59,979 nt of DNA, taken from the IMG/VR virus record IMGVR_UViG_3300032298_000389, one strand, 5' to 3'. Both the position numbers and the translations under genes were made by a program. How positions within the stretch are numbered: the first letter of the stretch is position 1; every line of letters begins with the position of its first letter. The stretch comes from an uncultured virus (IMG/VR IMGVR_UViG_3300032298_000389). Its lineage: Duplodnaviria > Heunggongvirae > Uroviricota > Caudoviricetes. Shown here piece by piece: positions 55,693 through 59,979 of this stretch. Under the pieces are notes generated by a model. It had not been told where the DNA came from and searched no databases. It saw only the letters and a program-made list of their open reading frames with translations.

Positions 55693-56703
55693 TTAATTTA
55701 CTTGGATTTTTGCTGTGGTTTCCCTAGCAGGTGTTGGTATTTCTACTATTCTCATAGTAGTTCTATCTAATTTAAAGAAACTGATTCTGGTCATACCATT
55801 ACGTGACTTCAGGAAGTGGAACACTAAGGTATCCGGATCTTCAATTAGGAATTTCTCAGGACCATATTTCTTTATTTTTCTTATAGAAGGTTTATTAATA
55901 CCAATAACTACATCAGCATGTTGTAATAAAGCATCAGAACCATAAATGTCAGAATCTAATACATAATTACCGTAATTGGCTTCTACTTGTCTTTTAGTAT
56001 CATCTATGTTTCTATTCAACTGACTTAGGACAACAAATGCTACAGGGTAGTTTTTCTTCATATAGGTCAAGGCTTCACCTAATGCACCCAACATTTCAAA
56101 TTTGTCTTTCTGTCCTATATCATTTTTAAATAGAGCAGAGTGATCTATTGTAACAAGCATGTTTGGATAAGTACCATCTTCGTTCTTGTATCTTTCCAAC
56201 TCATAATGAATTGTAGCACACATTTCACTGACAGTACATGTATCGTAGATGACATTAATTAAATCATTATTTATAGTTGATTTGTAGTATTCTACACACT
56301 TCTCAAATAATTTTTTGTCAACTAACTTTCCATCCTTACTCATTAATGTATTGTAATCAGCACCTGTAATCAGACCAAACTTCCTAATTGCACTTGTTTC
56401 ATCAACCATTTCCATTTGAAATTTAAGTACTCTAAATTTCTGATCTGGATTCTTTTCAATAATATCAGAAACCACCTGCTCCATAAAAAGAGTCTTACCT
56501 GTACCAGGTCTAGCACCTACAACAGTTATAGTTCTCCACTCAAGTCCATCACAAAAGGCATCATTAAATTTTGGCCAAGCAGTTACTAATGCAGGTATTT
56601 TACCTTCTCTTTTTGCTTTCATTTTAACAAGACCTTTTTCAAGACTCTGTCTCTCACTTACAGGTAACAGGTGTCGTGCACCATTAAACAGTTTTTTTTC
56701 CAT
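55693..56703 (-). CDS. dnaB: DnaB-like (SF4) replicative helicase, C-terminal ATPase domain only
   Basis: GARPGTGKT, FQMEM, TIDH, LSQLNR, SDALLQHAD and KSRNG motifs. Confidence 0.9.
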   Translation of the reverse strand: MEKKLFNGARHLLPVSERQSLEKGLVKMKAKREGKIPALVTAWPKFNDAFCDGLEWRTITVVGARPGTGKTLFMEQVVSDIIEKNPDQKFRVLKFQMEMVDETSAIRKFGLITGADYNTLMSKDGKLVDKKLFEKCVEYYKSTINNDLINVIYDTCTVSEMCATIHYELERYKNEDGTYPNMLVTIDHSALFKNDIGQKDKFEMLGALGEALTYMKKNYPVAFVVLSQLNRNIDDTKRQVEANYGNYVLDSDIYGSDALLQHADVVIGINKPSIRKIKKYGPEKFLIEDPDTLVFHFLKSRNGMTRISFFKLDRTTMRIVEIPTPARETTAKIQVN

Positions 56704-56721
56704 AAACTTTTAAAATTTAAA

Positions 56722-57309
56722 TTATACAATTAACTCACTAAATACATTGTTATCTTCATCAGGATTATTATTTAGGTATTCACAATAAGTTGCTAAATCA
56801 GAATCCCAACTTTTATCTACATTTTGTTTTCTCAAAAAGTATTGAGAATTTCTCATGAATTGATAGTTTGAAGATTCATATTCTAGTACATACTTTTGTG
56901 TTGCTAAAAATATAGTTTCCCAATCATAATTGAAGTTATCAAAGAACCATCTAAATGCATTCTCAAGATTTTTAGCTGGAACTCTTGCATATTTTCCAGA
57001 GGATAGTTTCTTATTAGGAAATATGTGTACATATGCCTCTATATTTTGCATGAAATTCTGCCCCATTAAATCTTTAGAAGTTTTCTTTTTGGATTTCTTA
57101 AAATATCCATCAATTTCTGCCATAAAGATAATACTTTTATCTGTTAATTCCAAGGATTCTGATACCCATGCATCACGTTGCAGTCTTTTGCACTCAATTG
57201 CTTTATTAACTGAGTCGTGAGGTACTATTTTTTCTTTGATACAGTACAAAACATAGAATGAATTAGGTGTTAAACCTTGTTCAATTACTTTTAGAAAAAT
57301 TTCTTTCAT
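56722..57309 (-). CDS. Hypothetical protein, possible replication initiator or helicase loader
   Basis: Directly upstream of the helicase. The function is inferred from position only. Confidence 0.5.
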   Translation of the reverse strand: MKEIFLKVIEQGLTPNSFYVLYCIKEKIVPHDSVNKAIECKRLQRDAWVSESLELTDKSIIFMAEIDGYFKKSKKKTSKDLMGQNFMQNIEAYVHIFPNKKLSSGKYARVPAKNLENAFRWFFDNFNYDWETIFLATQKYVLEYESSNYQFMRNSQYFLRKQNVDKSWDSDLATYCEYLNNNPDEDNNVFSELIV

Positions 57310-57310
57310 A

Positions 57311-58009
57311 TTACCACGTTATTATATTACCACTTGTATTATTTACTATTGAAGATATTTTAGTAAATATATCATTACTATCCCATTTAGAGCCATTATA
57401 AGCAGCAGAAGCAGGATGTTTAACAGTAAACTTATACTCAGTGTTAGTAATAAGTTCAGACCATTCTTCAGCTTTTTTACCCATGTATACATAAATTAAT
57501 CCCGGATTATAATTATTTAACCAATCTAACAAGTATGCAGTAAAAGGTTTCCATATATCATAATGACTACCAATTTTACCTACTTCAGTTGTAAGGGCTG
57601 TGTTAAGCATAAGCACACCTTGATTAGCCCATCTAGTTAAATCTGGATCTATAGACCCAGGATGACCATTATATACTGTTCTGTTTACTTCATCTAGTAC
57701 ATATCTAAGACTAGGTTGTAATTTACCCGTATTACTACAACTAAATGATATACCATCTGCTACACCTAACTGTGGATAAGGATCCTGACCAATAAACACA
57801 ACTTGTAGTTTACCATATGGACATTCTTCAAAGGCCCTAAATACTTGTTTTAATGGTGGAGTAAATCTTTTATCATCTTGACTGAGTGTATACAACTTAG
57901 TAAGTATATCATCAAACTCAGAACTAAATATAAAAGATTTAAAAACTCTGTTCCAACCACTGGGTTCAAGTTTATCAAACATTTTTTGTTTAATTTCTTC
58001 TAAATCCAT
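57311..58009 (-). CDS. ung: Uracil-DNA glycosylase, family 1
   Basis: VFIGQDPYP, ADGISFS, PSLR, WANQGVLMLNTALT and HPAS motifs. Start moved to MDLEEIK (58009), which has an A-rich context and avoids overlap with the divergent gene. Confidence 0.92.
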   Translation of the reverse strand: MDLEEIKQKMFDKLEPSGWNRVFKSFIFSSEFDDILTKLYTLSQDDKRFTPPLKQVFRAFEECPYGKLQVVFIGQDPYPQLGVADGISFSCSNTGKLQPSLRYVLDEVNRTVYNGHPGSIDPDLTRWANQGVLMLNTALTTEVGKIGSHYDIWKPFTAYLLDWLNNYNPGLIYVYMGKKAEEWSELITNTEYKFTVKHPASAAYNGSKWDSNDIFTKISSIVNNTSGNIITW

Positions 58010-58017
58010 TTTTTGTT

Positions 58018-58025
58018 TATTTTTG
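58018..58025 (+). promoter_or_regulatory. Possible Bacteroidota sigma-A -7 element (TATTTTTG)
   Basis: Exact TAnnTTTG match ending 15 nt before the ATG at 58041. No well-spaced -33 TTTG was found. Confidence 0.35.
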
Positions 58026-58040
58026 TTTAAAATTAATACA

Positions 58041-58358
58041 ATGATAAAAGTTAAAGAACTAAATGACGATGTGATATTAGATATTAAAGTCAATAAAAGT
58101 TTCTATTTGATGGCTAAAGCTGCTTCTGTAACTCTTCTTCAACAAATAAATATTGAAGAAAAAGGTGAAGACTATATTACCAATCTTACAACTAAAAAAT
58201 ATGAAGATATGGATGATATGGAAAAAGCATTTTATACCATCATTCTTATGATTGCTGAAATAGAAAGACAGGCTACTGAATTGAAACTATATACAGAAAA
58301 GGAAATTTTAGTTCCTGGTGATGAAGGATATGTTTCACCTACCCCAGAGAAAGATTAA
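58041..58358 (+). CDS. Hypothetical protein (105 aa), lone + strand gene in the - block
   Basis: Fills the gap between ung and the NinB-like gene; natural composition; start context AAATTAATACA-ATG. Confidence 0.7.
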   Translation: MIKVKELNDDVILDIKVNKSFYLMAKAASVTLLQQINIEEKGEDYITNLTTKKYEDMDDMEKAFYTIILMIAEIERQATELKLYTEKEILVPGDEGYVSPTPEKD

Positions 58359-58692
58359 ACTGATCTCTACCTATCTGTATACAAGCTTCTATAGCTAACA
58401 TAAGATCATCTTTACTACAATCTGCAAAGGACTTGTCTTCAAGTCCTGATGCTTGTTTTACCACAAGTTTCATCTCATCAAAAGTATATCCAGACTCTTT
58501 TGCTAATTCTCTAATACAAGCATGTACTTTTGCAAGTTGTGCTTTACTATGATCTGCACTAGCAAGATCAATATACATATCTACTATTTGACCATCTGGT
58601 ATTTTATCTACAAAAATTTCATAAGCTAACTTATCTTTAGGATTAGCAAATGTCAATTTACCCTTGTTTTTTATAAACTTACCACTAAACAT
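58339..58692 (-). CDS. NinB-like recombination protein (tentative)
   Basis: SKAQLAKVHACIRELAKESGYTFDEMK...SFADCSKDDL resembles NinB/Orf-family proteins. Start placed at MFSGKF. Confidence 0.5.
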   Translation of the reverse strand: MFSGKFIKNKGKLTFANPKDKLAYEIFVDKIPDGQIVDMYIDLASADHSKAQLAKVHACIRELAKESGYTFDEMKLVVKQASGLEDKSFADCSKDDLMLAIEACIQIGRDQFNLSLG

Positions 58693-58694
58693 AA

Positions 58695-58946
58695 TTAACA
58701 AATTATATTATTCATTACTTCTAAAAACTGCATATAGTGATCTTTGGTTTTTATCTCTACAGCAGGTATCTCAAATGATTTTAACACCCAATAGTCATCT
58801 TTCATATCAATACTATCTGTACTATGTAGGACTAAACCACTACAAAGTTCTTTTTGATAATAATAATAATCATAACCATTGTTACTTTCACTATGAGTTA
58901 TAGTGACTTTATCAAAATCAAGATCAATTAATTCTTGTTCACTCAT
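58695..58946 (-). CDS. Hypothetical protein (83 aa)
   Basis: Tightly packed ORF. Confidence 0.65.
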   Translation of the reverse strand: MSEQELIDLDFDKVTITHSESNNGYDYYYYQKELCSGLVLHSTDSIDMKDDYWVLKSFEIPAVEIKTKDHYMQFLEVMNNIIC

Positions 58947-59166
58947 TTTTTGTTTCTGTTAAGTATTTAAAAATCTTATCATAAAATTTACCTGTAACTT
59001 CTTTCCCATACATAAACCTGTAAACTTGAAATTTGTCTATACCGGCATCTTCTGCTATGTGAACTATCTTGTATCTTCTAGATAGTTTACTTTTTAATGT
59101 TTCCCTAACCCAATCAGTAAGTGTTTGATCTTCTTTTAAGGTAACAGTTATAAATTTTTCTTCCAT
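58939..59166 (-). CDS. Small helix-turn-helix DNA-binding protein
   Basis: KIVHIAEDAGIDKFQVYRFMYG fits an XRE/Cro-type HTH. Confidence 0.7.
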   Translation of the reverse strand: MEEKFITVTLKEDQTLTDWVRETLKSKLSRRYKIVHIAEDAGIDKFQVYRFMYGKEVTGKFYDKIFKYLTETKNE

Positions 59167-59169
59167 GTT

Positions 59170-59571
59170 TTAAGGTTTATTCATAAATGTTTCAGGACTA
59201 ATTACATCTTTAGTGTAGTTAATATCCTTATAGTTTTCATTCTCAAGAGTCCATAGTCCCATATCTTTTATCCTCTGATTTCTTAAAGTAATTATAGAAT
59301 ATGCAGTAAGATGAGCATTGTCTTCATCATTACTATTTAACATATTGATGAGATTATTTTTCTCTTCTTCAGTAAGATATCCTGTCTTTACTAATAAGTT
59401 TACTTCGGATAAAAATATAAATGGTCTAAATTCTCCTTTTTTAGTACCATGGGTATACATATACCATAGATACCCCATATTACTATCTTCTACTTTACAT
59501 ACCATATGATGTTCATGGCATATATTTTCAATTAGGCTTGTAATCTTTTTGTCTCTAAATATTTTTATCAT
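59170..59571 (-). CDS. Hypothetical protein (133 aa)
   Basis: Start placed at MIKIFRD, 2 nt after the upstream stop. Contains the LINMLNSNDEDN motif. Confidence 0.65.
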   Translation of the reverse strand: MIKIFRDKKITSLIENICHEHHMVCKVEDSNMGYLWYMYTHGTKKGEFRPFIFLSEVNLLVKTGYLTEEEKNNLINMLNSNDEDNAHLTAYSIITLRNQRIKDMGLWTLENENYKDINYTKDVISPETFMNKP

Positions 59572-59573
59572 AA

Positions 59574-59978
59574 TTAAAATATATAACGGATTGTATTCCA
59601 AGGAATATGTTCATCATGTAATTTAGTCCATTTTTTAATATACTCAGCTTTTCTTTTGTGTTCATATCTAAGATTTGATCCACCATACTGTGATACTTTC
59701 CCTTCCTGTAATTTAGGTACCCATAATAGTTCTTCTCCTGGAAGTTTATTAGCTAGATTATATTTATGTTTATCTTCATTGTGAGTTAAGAAGATTACTT
59801 CAGCTTTTACATCATTAGTATTCCATTTATTAAAGGCAGAATGTCTGTTGATTATATGAAACAAAAACTCATACTCTATAAGCCAATTATCATGAACTAT
59901 TACTGGACTAAAATTTAAGTGAACTTCATATCCTGCTCTTAAAAACAAGTATATAGCATTTAACCTTTCATCAAGAGA
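59574..59978 (-). CDS. Spore photoproduct lyase-family radical SAM protein, C-terminal part (5' partial)
   Basis: AGYEVHLNFSPVI, AEVIFLTHN, LLWVPKLQEGKVSQYGG.NLRY and terminal IRYIF match the SPL-like family C-terminus from memory. The frame is open to the window end, and the CxxxCxxC motif would lie outside the window. Confidence 0.75.
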   Translation of the reverse strand, partial: SLDERLNAIYLFLRAGYEVHLNFSPVIVHDNWLIEYEFLFHIINRHSAFNKWNTNDVKAEVIFLTHNEDKHKYNLANKLPGEELLWVPKLQEGKVSQYGGSNLRYEHKRKAEYIKKWTKLHDEHIPWNTIRYIF

Positions 59979-59979
59979 A

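Noticed and set aside
58010..58093. N-terminal extension of Ung given in the ORF track
   Set aside because: It overlaps the divergent gene and looks like translated intergenic or antisense sequence. The ATG at 58009 has the better context.
40780..59509. Short + strand ORFs and the 46252..46539 ORF within the - block
   Set aside because: They lie wholly inside well-supported genes and have no independent evidence. Only 58041..58358 occupies its own space.
1..59979. Stop-codon reassignment, as in some crAss-like phages
   Set aside because: Genes up to 10 kb are uninterrupted in the standard code, and TAG and TGA both occur as stops at tight gene junctions.

Overview
AT-rich fragment of a crAss-like (Crassvirales-type) dsDNA phage, probably infecting Bacteroidota (A-rich start contexts without Shine-Dalgarno, TAnnTTTG/A-type promoter cores). 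No tRNA, rRNA, CRISPR array or mobile element is visible, and long ORFs read cleanly in the standard code. There are two convergent blocks. The + strand block (1-40691) encodes putative virion cargo/ejection proteins: four mid-size proteins with shared short motifs, a 1059-aa protein, three giants (2413 aa with a PD-(D/E)xK nuclease domain; a 3482-aa virion RNA polymerase with GADYDIDK and a zincin motif; 3131 aa with zincin motifs, LysM and membrane segments), and an uncalled 46-aa basic protein. The - strand block (40722-59979) encodes replication, recombination and repair genes: MazG-like NTP-PPase, DUF932-like, PolB, PD-(D/E)xK exonuclease, MoxR-like AAA+ with VWA/metallopeptidase, GIY-YIG, primase, SSB-like, AAA_24, DnaB, Ung, NinB-like, HTH and a partial spore-photoproduct-lyase-family protein. 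The top candidate new system is that the three giants contain only four cysteines in about 9000 aa, all at adjoining termini, which suggests a head-to-tail linked ejection chain. Other leads are a repeated xxxGG/LPxAxxG motif code in cargo proteins, a bipartite palindromic promoter, an overprinted gene, a G-quadruplex-type repeat and an SxDxxN helix shared by three small-block proteins. All family calls come from motif recognition by eye, and no searches were run.
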